From the NCBI GenBank assembly GCA_964504195.1, contig CAZDDI010000005.1:1175-65174 (forward strand): a stretch of DNA of 64,000 nt. Reading direction: 5' to 3'. The first letter of the stretch is position 1, and the number at the start of each line of letters is the position of its first letter. Under the pieces are notes generated by a model that saw only the letters and a list, made by a program, of their open reading frames with translations, had not been told where the DNA came from and did not search any database. The DNA comes from an uncultured Anaerolineales bacterium. GTDB taxonomy: Bacteria > Chloroflexota > Anaerolineae > B4-G1 > SLSP01. A program made the translations under genes and the position numbers. Positions 45,154 through 54,667 of the stretch are shown here, in pieces.

Positions 45154-46521
45154 ATGGAACGCATCAAGATCGTCATTGGCACATCCGCCTGGGCCGACGC
45201 GCAAACGCTGGAACGCGCCCTGGCCGATACGCCGGAACTCCAGATCATCGCCGGGCCGACCACGGCTTCCGGCGTCTACCGCGACGCGACCGAGATGGAC
45301 GCCGATCTGGTGTTGCTTTCACCGACGTTGCCCGGTTTCCGACCCGACCTGGTGAGCGAGCTGCTGCACTCCGACGCCCGGCCCATTGCCAGTATTGGCC
45401 TGCTCGCGCCGCTGGAATCCCGCACCGACGAATTATTGGCGTTGGGCATGAAAGGCTACATCTCGCTGCCGCTCGACCCGGCCCAACTGCGCCGCCTGCT
45501 GGAACTCATCCCGGAAGCCGTCACCCAGGCCCGCGCCGAGCGCGCCAGCCGTAGTTACGTCCCGCTGGACACGCCCACGTTGCACACCGTCGCCGAGGCC
45601 GGCTGGCAACGCCTGGTCATCGCCCTGTGGGGCACCGGCGGCGGGGTGGGCAAAACCAGCCTGTCCATCAATTTGGCCGCGGCCCTGGGCGTACACGCCA
45701 AACGCAGTACCTTGCTCATGGATTTGGACATGACGCGCGGCGCGCTGGCCCCGCGATTGGGGCTGGTCCCGGAGCGCAACCTGTTCGCGTTGCTCAACGC
45801 CTTATTGCCCGATTACCTACGCCAGCAGAGCGGCAGTTGTCCGCCGCTGGCCCTCAAGGACAAGGTGCAACTGTGGGGCAGCGCCCGCGCTTCCAAACTG
45901 GACTGCCTGGGCGGGCTGCCGGCCATGCACATCGCGGGACTACCGCTCTTCCGGGAAGACCCGGCGCGCACGCAGGCATTACTCCGGGCGATCCTGGACA
46001 CCGCGCACAAGCAATATGATTTCGTGGTGCTGGACTTGGGGCCGGACATCAACAATGATGTACATTTTGCCGCGCTGGACGCCGCCGACCTGGTGCTCAC
46101 CGTGGTCCGCCCCGACCGGGCCGACATTTATTCCACGGCACAGACCGTGCCGCGCCTCAAGCAAGTCTTCGGCGAGGACATCGGCAAGTTCGAATTGGTC
46201 ATCAACCAGTGGAGCGAGGCCGCCGGCATCCGCTTGAAAGACCTGATTGCGGCCATCGGCATGAAGAAGTTCGCGCAAGTGCCCTACGACCCGGCCCTGA
46301 CCTACGCCAACAATCAACAGCGGCCCCTGGTGCTGGACAAGCCCAACCCCACGAGCGATGCCATCGTCTCAATGGCGGTGCGTTTTTTCCCGCCGCTGGG
46401 CCCGATCTGGGTGCGCCAGGGCGGGCGCGTCGAAGGCGACGCCGCCGCATTCAAAACGCCGGCGCGCCGCCCGGGGCCGGGCCTCTGGCAGCAAGTACGC
46501 GGCGTGTTCACGGAGAAGTGA
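45154..46521 (+). CDS. cpaE: CpaE/TadZ pilus-assembly ATPase-like protein (receiver-like N-domain + MinD/ParA-type domain)
   Basis: GTGGGVGKTSLSINLAAAL P-loop. 455 aa. Confidence 0.75.
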   Translation: MERIKIVIGTSAWADAQTLERALADTPELQIIAGPTTASGVYRDATEMDADLVLLSPTLPGFRPDLVSELLHSDARPIASIGLLAPLESRTDELLALGMKGYISLPLDPAQLRRLLELIPEAVTQARAERASRSYVPLDTPTLHTVAEAGWQRLVIALWGTGGGVGKTSLSINLAAALGVHAKRSTLLMDLDMTRGALAPRLGLVPERNLFALLNALLPDYLRQQSGSCPPLALKDKVQLWGSARASKLDCLGGLPAMHIAGLPLFREDPARTQALLRAILDTAHKQYDFVVLDLGPDINNDVHFAALDAADLVLTVVRPDRADIYSTAQTVPRLKQVFGEDIGKFELVINQWSEAAGIRLKDLIAAIGMKKFAQVPYDPALTYANNQQRPLVLDKPNPTSDAIVSMAVRFFPPLGPIWVRQGGRVEGDAAAFKTPARRPGPGLWQQVRGVFTEK

Positions 46522-46627
46522 TGCTTGTTGCTAGAAGCTGGTTGCTGGTATCCAGTCACGAGCATCGAGCAACCAGCATCCAGTAACAAGCAACGAGCAC
46601 CCAGTAACCAGCCTACAAGGAGTCCCT

Positions 46628-47962
46628 ATGTCCCAACCTTCCGCCTTTGCCCAACGGGTGGCCGCGCAAGCGACCACCCAGCAAGCCGATCCCTACGCGG
46701 GCTTGCTCGCCGCCGCGCGGGAACGCCTGGCCGCGCAGTTCAGCCTGGAAGCCCTACGCGCGCCCACCGCCGCACAGGAACAAGAAGCCGAGACCGCGTT
46801 GCGCGCTCTCGTCGCAGCCCAGGTCGCCAGCGCCGTCCAACAGGGGCGCCCCTTCGCCGAGAGCGGCGAACAGCTCCTGCTGCGTTTGCAATACGACATC
46901 TTCGGCTACGGGGTCATTACCCCGTATCTGAATACGCCCACCGTCGAGGAAATCATGATCAACGGCCCGGATGTGATCTGGATTGACGATGCGGAGCGAG
47001 GGATGTACCGCGCCAGCGCGCGCTTCGCCCATGCCCGCGAGGTGCAAAAACTGGTAGACCGCATCGCGGCGCGGCATGGCCGGCGCTTTGACCGCTCCAA
47101 TCCGCGCGTCAATGCCAAGATGCCCGATGGCAGTCGCCTGAACGCCGTGCTCGAACCGTTGGTAGACAACGTCCCCATCGCGGTCACCATTCGCCGCCAC
47201 CGCCTGGTGGCGCGCACGCTGGCCGACCTGGTGGAACTGGGCACGCTCACCGCCGAAGTCGCCGGGTTCTTGCAAGCCAGCGTCCTGGGCCGCCTGAACA
47301 TCATCGTGGCGGGCGGCACGGGGTCGGGTAAGACCAATACCCTCAACGCGCTGTGCGCGGTCTTGCCCCCGGAGGAGCGCGTCGTCACCGTCGAAGACAC
47401 GCCGGAGCTGCAATTGGCGCGGGACAACTGGCTGGCATTGGTCACTACCGAAGAAACCGAAGAAGGCCAGCGGGCCATTACCCTGGATGACCTGATCATC
47501 AACGCGCTGCGGATGCGGCCTGACCGCATCGTGACCGGCGAGGCGCGCGGCGCGGAAATCCGCTCGGTCTTGATGGCCGCCAACACCGGCCATGATGGGC
47601 AACTGCTCACCCTGCACGCCAACGGCGTCCACGAGATCGCCAGCCGGGTGGGGCAGATGTGGCAGTTGGCCGACTCCGGCATGGCCCCCGGCGTGGTCAC
47701 GCGCTATCTGGTGGATGCCTTCGACCTGGTGCTCTACATCGAGCGCATCACCGTGGCCGGGCAACGCCGCCGCGTCGTGCGGCAGGTAGCCGAACTCCTG
47801 CCCGCTCGCCAGATGGAAGGCGACACGCCCGCCGTGAATGTTCTGTGGCAGGATACCGGGAGTGGCTTGCAGTGGACGGGCCTGTATCCCGAAACCCTGG
47901 AAGAGCGCATCCGCCAGCACACCGGGCAGCGCGCTAATCTGCGCCAATATCTCAAGAGGTAG
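46628..47962 (+). CDS. cpaF: CpaF/TadA secretion ATPase (VirB11/GspE superfamily)
   Basis: Walker A IIVAGGTGSGKTNTLNAL. VTVEDTPEL. His-box GHDG. 444 aa. Confidence 0.85.
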   Translation: MSQPSAFAQRVAAQATTQQADPYAGLLAAARERLAAQFSLEALRAPTAAQEQEAETALRALVAAQVASAVQQGRPFAESGEQLLLRLQYDIFGYGVITPYLNTPTVEEIMINGPDVIWIDDAERGMYRASARFAHAREVQKLVDRIAARHGRRFDRSNPRVNAKMPDGSRLNAVLEPLVDNVPIAVTIRRHRLVARTLADLVELGTLTAEVAGFLQASVLGRLNIIVAGGTGSGKTNTLNALCAVLPPEERVVTVEDTPELQLARDNWLALVTTEETEEGQRAITLDDLIINALRMRPDRIVTGEARGAEIRSVLMAANTGHDGQLLTLHANGVHEIASRVGQMWQLADSGMAPGVVTRYLVDAFDLVLYIERITVAGQRRRVVRQVAELLPARQMEGDTPAVNVLWQDTGSGLQWTGLYPETLEERIRQHTGQRANLRQYLKR

Positions 47963-47966
47963 CCCG

Positions 47967-48899
47967 ATGTTCAAACGCAAAATGCCCTTGTGGGTCGTCA
48001 TCGCCACGCGGCAACGCCAAGTCCCGGAAGCCCTGGACGCCGCCCTGGCGCAATTGAGCGCGGTGCAGCTGGAACGCCGGGAAGCGCTGAGTTGCAGCGG
48101 GGCGTACCGCGCGCTCGCGGGCGCACACTTAGCGATTGTAGATACTGCCGACCTGCGCGCGGATGCCGCTGCTCCGGCGCTGGCAGTCGCCTTGCAGAGT
48201 CCCGGGCTAGTCGTCGTAGACAGCGCGACCTTCCTGGCCGCGCCGCTGCACTATCTGGAATTGGCCGCCGCCGCGCGCGGGTTGGGCGGGGTGTGGCCGC
48301 CGCGGCGCGGGGCATTCACGGCGCTGGCGGGGGGCGTGGGCAAGACGACGCTGGCCCTGGCGACCGCGCAGGCTTTTCACCGCGCAACGGGGTTGGCGGC
48401 GGTGGTCATCGAACTCAGCCCCGGCCCGGCGGCGCTGCTGGCCGTGACCGAAACGTCCGGGGCCGATCTGTACCAGATCATCACGCAAGGCGCGCCGTAT
48501 CCAGTGTGGCGCGGGGTGACGCTGGCCCCGCTGAACTGGGAGACCGCGCGGTTGCTCCCCACGGCGCAACTGACCGCGGCCTGGGAGGCGTTGGCGGCGC
48601 AGCATATCTTGACGCTTTACGATGCGCCGGCCGGGCATCCGTTGTGGGAACACGTCCAGGCGGACCTGACCCTGGTGCTGGCCGACCACCGCCCCGACGC
48701 GCAAGCCGCCGCCGTAGCAGTGGTGGCGCAGGTCCGCGCGCGGGGGCAGGCAGCGGCCCTGGTGCTCAACCGCGCGGGGCTGGGAGGGCGCTTAGCCCTG
48801 CCCGAAGCGCCCGTGGTGACCCTGGCCGCGGCGCGCGACCCGCAGCGCTGCGGCGCGCAACTCTTGCCGGCCCTCTATCCGGGCTGGCGGCGACGCTAA
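47967..48899 (+). CDS. Additional CpaE/ParA-like protein
   Basis: ALAGGVGKTTLALA deviant Walker A. Start at MFKRKM is internal to the listed ORF 47838. Confidence 0.5.
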   Translation: MFKRKMPLWVVIATRQRQVPEALDAALAQLSAVQLERREALSCSGAYRALAGAHLAIVDTADLRADAAAPALAVALQSPGLVVVDSATFLAAPLHYLELAAAARGLGGVWPPRRGAFTALAGGVGKTTLALATAQAFHRATGLAAVVIELSPGPAALLAVTETSGADLYQIITQGAPYPVWRGVTLAPLNWETARLLPTAQLTAAWEALAAQHILTLYDAPAGHPLWEHVQADLTLVLADHRPDAQAAAVAVVAQVRARGQAAALVLNRAGLGGRLALPEAPVVTLAAARDPQRCGAQLLPALYPGWRRR

Positions 48900-49108
48900 A
48901 ACATGCCGGAGGGAGTGGATGTTCCCTATACCTGTCTGGTTAATGCAGCTCCCCTTACGGGGCGCGGGGCTCGTCGCGCCGGGCCCGGAGCTGCCCCCTT
49001 TTGGGAGTCCGCCGGTGCTCATCCGGCTGGTGCTGGTGACGCTAGGGGCGCTGGGGGGCAGTTTCCTGCTCGGCGTGGGGTTAGCGGCGGGTTTCCCGGA
49101 GGATACCG

Positions 49109-50134
49109 ATGAGTCATAAGAGTCAAGCCGTACTCGGGTGTCTGGCGCTGCTGCTGGCGGCGCTGAGCGGGTATGCGGTGTGGCGGTTTTTCGACCGCTT
49201 GACGCTGACTACTACGCTGCCCGTGCCCAACCAGGCCATTCCCGCCGGGGCCTGGATTGAGGCCGGGATGCTCACGGAACGGGTGGTGCCGCGCGCGCTG
49301 GCCGCTGAGCCGGTGTATACCCGCGCCGCCGACCTGGTGGGCCGGGTCGCGCAGGTGCCGCTGTATCCGGGGCTGGTGGTGTACCAGGCGTATGCCGTGC
49401 CGCCGGCGCAGTACCGCCTGGTAGCCGATCCGACGCTAACGGTGATCTCCCTCCCCGTAGACCCGGCGCGGGCCGTGGGCGGGCAGCTGCAACCGGGACA
49501 CCAGATTGACCTGTGGCAAGTGCCGCTGGCGCGCGCCGGGGCCGCCGGGGAGGCCCCGCGCCTGACGCCGACGCTGGTGCTGAGCGCGGTGCAAGTCGTG
49601 GACGTGCGCGGGGCGTCCGGGCAGGCCGTGGCCCGCCAACCGCAGGCCGTGCCGGGGCAGGCGGCGGGGCAGAGTGCGCCTGCGGGGGCCGCTTTGCCGC
49701 TGCATATTCTGACTGTGGCCGTGCCGGTGTCGCAAACGCAGCCGCTCTTGAGCCTCATCGCCGCAGAGCACTCCCAGCAGGCCGCGCTGTGGGTAGCCCT
49801 GGCGCCGCTGGTGCGTCCGGCGGGGCCGGCGGCGGCGCTGCCGCCGAGTACCCCGCCCCCGCCCGGGGCCAGTCTCGCGCCGCCGGCCGCGCTGCCGGGA
49901 ATGCCCCGGTTAGTGGTGCGCCAGGTGCTGGGCACGGCGGGCGGCGGGAGCGCGGTATATGAGCGCCCCGGCGGGCCCCAAGTGGGAGAGTTGCCCGCGG
50001 GCGCGCTGGTCATAGTGCTGACCGGGCCGCAGCCGGACGCGGGGGGCGAGCTGTGGTATCACGTCACGCAACACGGCAGCCAGGCGGTCAGCGGCTGGAT
50101 GCGCGGGCCGGCGCTCAGTGCGGAGGAGCCCTGA
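49109..50134 (+). CDS. Second CpaB/RcpC-like protein with Pro/Ala-rich linker and C-terminal SH3-like tail
   Basis: GGAGGATACCG Shine-Dalgarno. N-terminal transmembrane segment. The TLTTTLPVPNQAIPAGAWI pattern parallels the first cpaB. Confidence 0.6.
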   Translation: MSHKSQAVLGCLALLLAALSGYAVWRFFDRLTLTTTLPVPNQAIPAGAWIEAGMLTERVVPRALAAEPVYTRAADLVGRVAQVPLYPGLVVYQAYAVPPAQYRLVADPTLTVISLPVDPARAVGGQLQPGHQIDLWQVPLARAGAAGEAPRLTPTLVLSAVQVVDVRGASGQAVARQPQAVPGQAAGQSAPAGAALPLHILTVAVPVSQTQPLLSLIAAEHSQQAALWVALAPLVRPAGPAAALPPSTPPPPGASLAPPAALPGMPRLVVRQVLGTAGGGSAVYERPGGPQVGELPAGALVIVLTGPQPDAGGELWYHVTQHGSQAVSGWMRGPALSAEEP

Positions 50135-51369
50135 TGTTACTGGACGCCACCCTGGTAGAAACGCTGCGCACCTACATTTTGGAGCGTGGGCTGGCCGTGC
50201 CGGGCTGGGGCAGTAGCGCGGCTGAATTGCGCGCTTTCGAGGGGGCGCTGGCCGAGGCGCTGGTGCAACTGCGCCTGGCGTCCCAGGTCGCGGCGGTGCC
50301 GGAAGCCGCTCACCACCTGGCCCGGCGCTTGACGGGGGTGGGGATCTTGCAGCCCTTGCTGGACGATCCCACCGACACGCTCCAGGAAATCATCGTGCGT
50401 GACGGTTGGGTGCAAGTAGAGCGGCAGGGCGTCATCCAGGAGCTCGGGGCCCTGGCACCGGACGCGGAGTTCGCGGCGCTGATTGCGCGGACCAGTGATT
50501 TGGCGCGGCGGCAGACGACCGGCGCGCGCCCGTATGTGCTGGTGGACTTGCCCGACGGGGCGCGGTTCACCGCCTTGCTGCCGCCCTTGTCGGCGCAGGG
50601 CAGCGCGATCAATATACGCCGTTTTCCGCGCGCGCGCCTAGACCTGACAGCACTGGTCGCGCAGGGGTTCTTTGCCCCCGCGCCGCCGCCAGTGGGGGCA
50701 GCGTTCCCGGCCGTTACCGGGCAGCCCGTGGCGGACTATCTGGCGACGCTGGCCCAAACCGGCAGCGCCTCGCTGTTGATCTCCGGCGAATTCTCGGCGG
50801 GCAAGTCCACGCTCTTGGGCGCGCTGGCCTCCCTACTGCCCGCGACCACCCAGGTAGCGGTGGTGGAGACCTTTAAAGAATTGCCGCTGGCGCACCCGCA
50901 CCCGCTGCGCGTGGTGGTGCCAGGCGACCGGGCGGACTTTCCCAGTATGGACGAGGTGCTCAACGTCGTCATCACGCGGATGCGCCCGGACCTGCTCATT
51001 GTGGGGGAAATTGTGCGCGCCGAGGCGCCGCGATTTCTCGAAGCGGTTAATTTGGGGAAACGCGCCTGGGCCACGATTCACGCCGGGAGCGCCCTGGGCG
51101 CGCTCTACCGGCTGGAGACCAAAGCCCTGAGCAGCGGGCTGCCCCACCCGGCCGTGCGCGAGCAGTTGGCCCAGAGTGTGGACCTGGTGATCCATTTGGC
51201 CCGGGAGGGCGGCGCGCGGCGCATCGCTGAAGTCGCGCTGGTCCGGGGCTTGACGCCGGCCGGCGGGTATGACTTGCAGTATCTCCCGGTCGGGCGCGTC
51301 CCGGAACGGAGCGCGGGGCTGGTTGCCCTGTGGGCGCGCGGCAGCGCGGCGGCGGAGGGCCGGGCATGA
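50134..51369 (+). CDS. Second CpaF/TadA-family secretion ATPase
   Basis: Walker A LLISGEFSAGKSTLLGAL. VETFKELPL. ATGA overlap with the upstream gene. Confidence 0.8.
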   Translation: MLLDATLVETLRTYILERGLAVPGWGSSAAELRAFEGALAEALVQLRLASQVAAVPEAAHHLARRLTGVGILQPLLDDPTDTLQEIIVRDGWVQVERQGVIQELGALAPDAEFAALIARTSDLARRQTTGARPYVLVDLPDGARFTALLPPLSAQGSAINIRRFPRARLDLTALVAQGFFAPAPPPVGAAFPAVTGQPVADYLATLAQTGSASLLISGEFSAGKSTLLGALASLLPATTQVAVVETFKELPLAHPHPLRVVVPGDRADFPSMDEVLNVVITRMRPDLLIVGEIVRAEAPRFLEAVNLGKRAWATIHAGSALGALYRLETKALSSGLPHPAVREQLAQSVDLVIHLAREGGARRIAEVALVRGLTPAGGYDLQYLPVGRVPERSAGLVALWARGSAAAEGRA

Positions 51370-52241
51370 GCCCCGGGCTGTACTGGTTGGCGCGGCTGCT
51401 CCCGCCGGGCTTAGCTGCCCTCGGCGCGGGGCTGTTGGCGTATGTTGCGCTGAGCGTCCTGGAGTCCGCCGGACGCGGACTGCGGCGGCGGTACGGGCGG
51501 CTGCGCTGGACGCCCACGCCTACCGGCGGGGAATTGCAGGTGGGGGCGCGGCGCGTGCTGGTGACGCCCAGCCGGTTGCTGCCGTTAGGGCTAGGGCTGG
51601 GCCTGGCCCTGCTGTGGCGCACGCCCCTGTTCGCCGCCTGGACGCTGCTGCTGGGCGGGATCGCTACCGGCCTCACGCAGGCCGCGCGGCCCCGCGTCAC
51701 CCTGGCGGGGCGCGCGCAGCAAGAATTGTTCTTGAGCGCCCTGCATAGCCGGTATGCCGTGGCACAATCGCTGGCCGCGGCGCTGGCCGGCGCGGCGCTG
51801 GATTTGGAAGACCCTACGGCGGAGTTGGTGCTGGCCGTGAGCGAGAGCGGCCGCCGGGTGCGCCTGGGCCTGCCGCTGCCCCTGGCGCTGCGCCCGCTGG
51901 CCGTTCAGGGGGGCTTATTGCAGCGGCTGGCCACGGTCTTGAGCCACGCCCCCGGCGCGGCGGCCGCCGAAACCCACGCCCTGCTGGAGAGCCTGATGGC
52001 GGCGGCGCGGCAACAACGCCACCGGGCTGCCCGCGCGCAAGTGACGCTGACCGTGGTGCGGCTGACCTGGCGCGTCCTGGTAACCGTCAATGTGCTCGCC
52101 GCGGCCCTGAGCGCGCTGCTCCCGGCCTGGCGCAGTTATTATCTGGCGCACCCCACGCCGTACCTGCTGAGTACCGCGCTGGCGCTGGGCGGCTATGGCT
52201 ACTTGCGGTTCCAGAGCCAAGCCCTGGAGGATAGCCTGTGA
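51366..52241 (+). CDS. tadB: TadB-like inner-membrane platform protein (T2SS-F type)
   Basis: Polytopic membrane protein in the canonical position after cpaF. ATGA overlap. Confidence 0.55.
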   Translation: MSPGLYWLARLLPPGLAALGAGLLAYVALSVLESAGRGLRRRYGRLRWTPTPTGGELQVGARRVLVTPSRLLPLGLGLGLALLWRTPLFAAWTLLLGGIATGLTQAARPRVTLAGRAQQELFLSALHSRYAVAQSLAAALAGAALDLEDPTAELVLAVSESGRRVRLGLPLPLALRPLAVQGGLLQRLATVLSHAPGAAAAETHALLESLMAAARQQRHRAARAQVTLTVVRLTWRVLVTVNVLAAALSALLPAWRSYYLAHPTPYLLSTALALGGYGYLRFQSQALEDSL

Positions 52242-53026
52242 GCTGGGCCGGGATCCCGGCACTGAGCGCTGCCCTGGGGGTGCTGAGTCTCACCCTGGCG
52301 CTGGGCCGCACCGGAAACGCCCTCTGGCGCGCGCACCGCCGCCGGCGCCACTGGCTAACGGGGCCCGCGGGGCCGCCGCCGGTGACCGCCGCGGAGCTCT
52401 ATGGGCTGGCGCCGTTACTGCCCTGGCTGCTGGGGACGGCGCTCTTGGGTGGGGCAGTGGCCTACACCCTGTTCGTGGGGCCGGCGCGCTATCTAGGGCC
52501 GTTAGCCGCCCTGGCGCCCCTGTTCTGGCAACGCGCGCGCCGCCGCGCCGGGCAACGGCAGATCCGGCAGGAAGTGCTGGAGTTGCTGGAAACCTTGCGC
52601 CTCTATGGCGCGTTAGCGCCCACGCCGGGCGCGGCGTTGGCCCTGGCGTTGGCCGAGGCGCGCCCCGGCCAGTTATGGGCGCGGCTGCGCGCCCACCGGG
52701 AGGTGTTGGCGTTGGCGGGCCCCGAGGCGCTCTTGCGCACGGTGGCCGGGGAAGTGGCGTCCCCCGAACTGCGGCGGCTGGTGAGCCGGGTGCGCGCGGC
52801 CCAGGCCGGGAACACCGCCCTGGCGCGCGCTTTGCAGGCGGCGACGGACGAATTAGTGGCAGAGGTACACCGGGAGCTGGAAGAAATGGTGGAGGCCGCG
52901 CCGCCGCGGTTGCTCCTGCCCAGCCTGGTGCTGCTCTTGCCCCCCGCGCTGGTGGTGGTCTTGACCCCGCCAGTGCAAGCCCTCTTGGACACGCTGGCAG
53001 GCGCGGGTCCGGGGCTGGGGCGGTAA
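52238..53026 (+). CDS. tadC: TadC-like inner-membrane platform protein
   Basis: Polytopic membrane protein. GTG start overlapping the upstream stop. Confidence 0.55.
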   Translation: MSWAGIPALSAALGVLSLTLALGRTGNALWRAHRRRRHWLTGPAGPPPVTAAELYGLAPLLPWLLGTALLGGAVAYTLFVGPARYLGPLAALAPLFWQRARRRAGQRQIRQEVLELLETLRLYGALAPTPGAALALALAEARPGQLWARLRAHREVLALAGPEALLRTVAGEVASPELRRLVSRVRAAQAGNTALARALQAATDELVAEVHRELEEMVEAAPPRLLLPSLVLLLPPALVVVLTPPVQALLDTLAGAGPGLGR

Positions 53027-53056
53027 CCTCCCGGGGCTGGGGAAAGGGAAAGCCAG

Positions 53057-53173
53057 ATGCGATTTCTGCGAGGCCAACACGCGGGCCAGCTGGCCGAATG
53101 GGTGGTGGGGGTGCTCCTGGCGGGCAGCCTGGGGTGCCTGATCCTCACCTGGTTAGCCGGGGCCGGCCCGTGA
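53057..53173 (+). CDS. flp: Flp-family pilin 1 (38 aa)
   Basis: Not in the supplied ORF track because it is shorter than 60 aa. MRFLRGQHAGQLAEWVVGVLL shows the Flp G-x4-E(W) processing motif, then a hydrophobic helix. GGAAAGGG Shine-Dalgarno. Confidence 0.65.
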   Translation: MRFLRGQHAGQLAEWVVGVLLAGSLGCLILTWLAGAGP

Positions 53174-53209
53174 TGGCGGGCGTTAATTCAAATTTCAAGG
53201 AGGGTGACG

Positions 53210-53383
53210 ATGCGTTTTCTTACCGGTACACACGCCGGCGATACGGTTGAATGGATTGTGGGCTTGATTCTGGTGGTGAGCGTGGTGGGTTCGATGATCT
53301 ACACCATTGCGCATTCCAGTAAAGTCCAGGGGGGGCTGACCAACGGGTGGATCGCGGGGATTCCCGCGCCGACTAGCCCGTAA
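53210..53383 (+). CDS. flp: Flp-family pilin 2 (57 aa)
   Basis: MRFLTGTHAGDTVEWIVGLILVV. AAGGAGGGTGA Shine-Dalgarno. Confidence 0.65.
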   Translation: MRFLTGTHAGDTVEWIVGLILVVSVVGSMIYTIAHSSKVQGGLTNGWIAGIPAPTSP

Positions 53384-53460
53384 GGCCAGCCCGGACCTGC
53401 GGGCAGCCTGCCCTGCCCGCTTAGGTAACCATTACTTTTTTGCAGTTGGAGGGAGGCACT

Positions 53461-53607
53461 ATGCGCTTTTTACAGGGCACGCGCGCGCAAAGCGCGGTGG
53501 AATGGTTGGTCGTAGCGGCCATTGTGGTGGGCGTGCTGGGCGGGCTGCTCTGGCAAATCCACGCGACGTTGGCGCTTAAATTGCGGGAGTATCACGATGC
53601 ACTCTGA
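53461..53607 (+). CDS. flp: Flp-family pilin 3 (48 aa)
   Basis: MRFLQGTRAQSAVEWLVVAAIVV. GGAGGGAGG Shine-Dalgarno. A hairpin GCGGGCAG/CTGCCCGC lies between pilin 2 and pilin 3. Confidence 0.65.
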   Translation: MRFLQGTRAQSAVEWLVVAAIVVGVLGGLLWQIHATLALKLREYHDAL

Positions 53608-54232
53608 AGTGGTCGCGTGCGGGTTGCCGCTGGGCGCCCTGGTGGTGCTGGGCTGGTTGGCGCCGTTGGCCTGGAGTGACGCGCGCACCGGCGCAGTCTC
53701 CGCGAAAGGCACGGCTATCCCGCTGGTACTCGTGGGCCTGCTCCGCGTGGGGCTGTGGCCCCCGGATGGGGCAGTCTGGCCCGGCGGGGTAGCGGTGACG
53801 GCGGCGTTAGCGATGCTGGTGTTGTCGGACACGCGCTGGGCCACGCTCCCGGCGGGCGTGGCCGCGCTCGGCCTGGGGCTGGGGGGGCCGGAGACGCAGG
53901 TGCTCGTGGGCAGTTGGTTTGCCGCTTTGCTGCTTACCTTATTGGGCATCTGGGGCGCGGGCGATGGCAAAATTTTCGCCACGTTGCTGGCGGTCTTTCC
54001 CGATGCGCGGCTCCTCGGCGCGCTGGGGCTCGCCGTGACGGTGGGCAGCGGCCTGGCCGTGCTGCGCCGGGATGGCCTGACCACCCCCTGGGTCTTGCAG
54101 GCGGTCCTGCACGCGGCGCTGCGGGGGGAGTTTCCGGCCCGCACGGGCGCGGTGGGGACGCACCCGACCGTGCCGTGGCTGGCGCTGGGGACGCTGGGCT
54201 ATCTGGCCCTGCGCCTGGGAGGCATTTGGTGA
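53597..54232 (+). CDS. tadV: Prepilin peptidase TadV/CpaA (A24-family aspartyl protease)
   Basis: Polytopic. GAGDGKIF matches the GxGDxK motif of CpaA. The start overlaps the pilin 3 stop. Confidence 0.7.
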   Translation: MHSEVVACGLPLGALVVLGWLAPLAWSDARTGAVSAKGTAIPLVLVGLLRVGLWPPDGAVWPGGVAVTAALAMLVLSDTRWATLPAGVAALGLGLGGPETQVLVGSWFAALLLTLLGIWGAGDGKIFATLLAVFPDARLLGALGLAVTVGSGLAVLRRDGLTTPWVLQAVLHAALRGEFPARTGAVGTHPTVPWLALGTLGYLALRLGGIW

Positions 54233-54648
54233 AGGCGCGCGGCCCTGACGAACGCGGGCAGGCCGGGATCGAGATGCTGGTGGTGCTGCTCCTGCTTGTC
54301 CCGTTGGTGTGGGGCGGGCTGCGTTTGACCCAGGGGGTCGGCGCGCGGCACGCGCTGGACACGGCGACGGCAACCGCGGCGCGCCACATCGCGCTAGACC
54401 CCGGCGCGTGGGAGAGCGCCTTAATCCGGGTGCAGGCTGGCGTAGATGGCGCGTTGCTGGGCCCGGTAGGGCCGGTAACGTGCCAGGTGACGGCGGCGGG
54501 CGTTCCGGTAGTGCCTACCGGATTAGCCTTTGGCACGCCGTTTGCCGTGACGTGCAGCGTACCGTTCTCGGGGCAATTACCTTTTGCGGCAGCCGCGCCG
54601 CGGACATTGACCAGCACGCAGTGGGCCATCCTGGAACGCTATCCGTGA
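54229..54648 (+). CDS. TadE-like pseudopilin
   Basis: N-terminal ERGQAGIEMLVVLLLLVPL is the TadE signature. GTG start with GTGA overlap. Confidence 0.55.
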   Translation: MKARGPDERGQAGIEMLVVLLLLVPLVWGGLRLTQGVGARHALDTATATAARHIALDPGAWESALIRVQAGVDGALLGPVGPVTCQVTAAGVPVVPTGLAFGTPFAVTCSVPFSGQLPFAAAAPRTLTSTQWAILERYP

Positions 54649-54667
54649 TGCGCGGAGGACGCTAATT

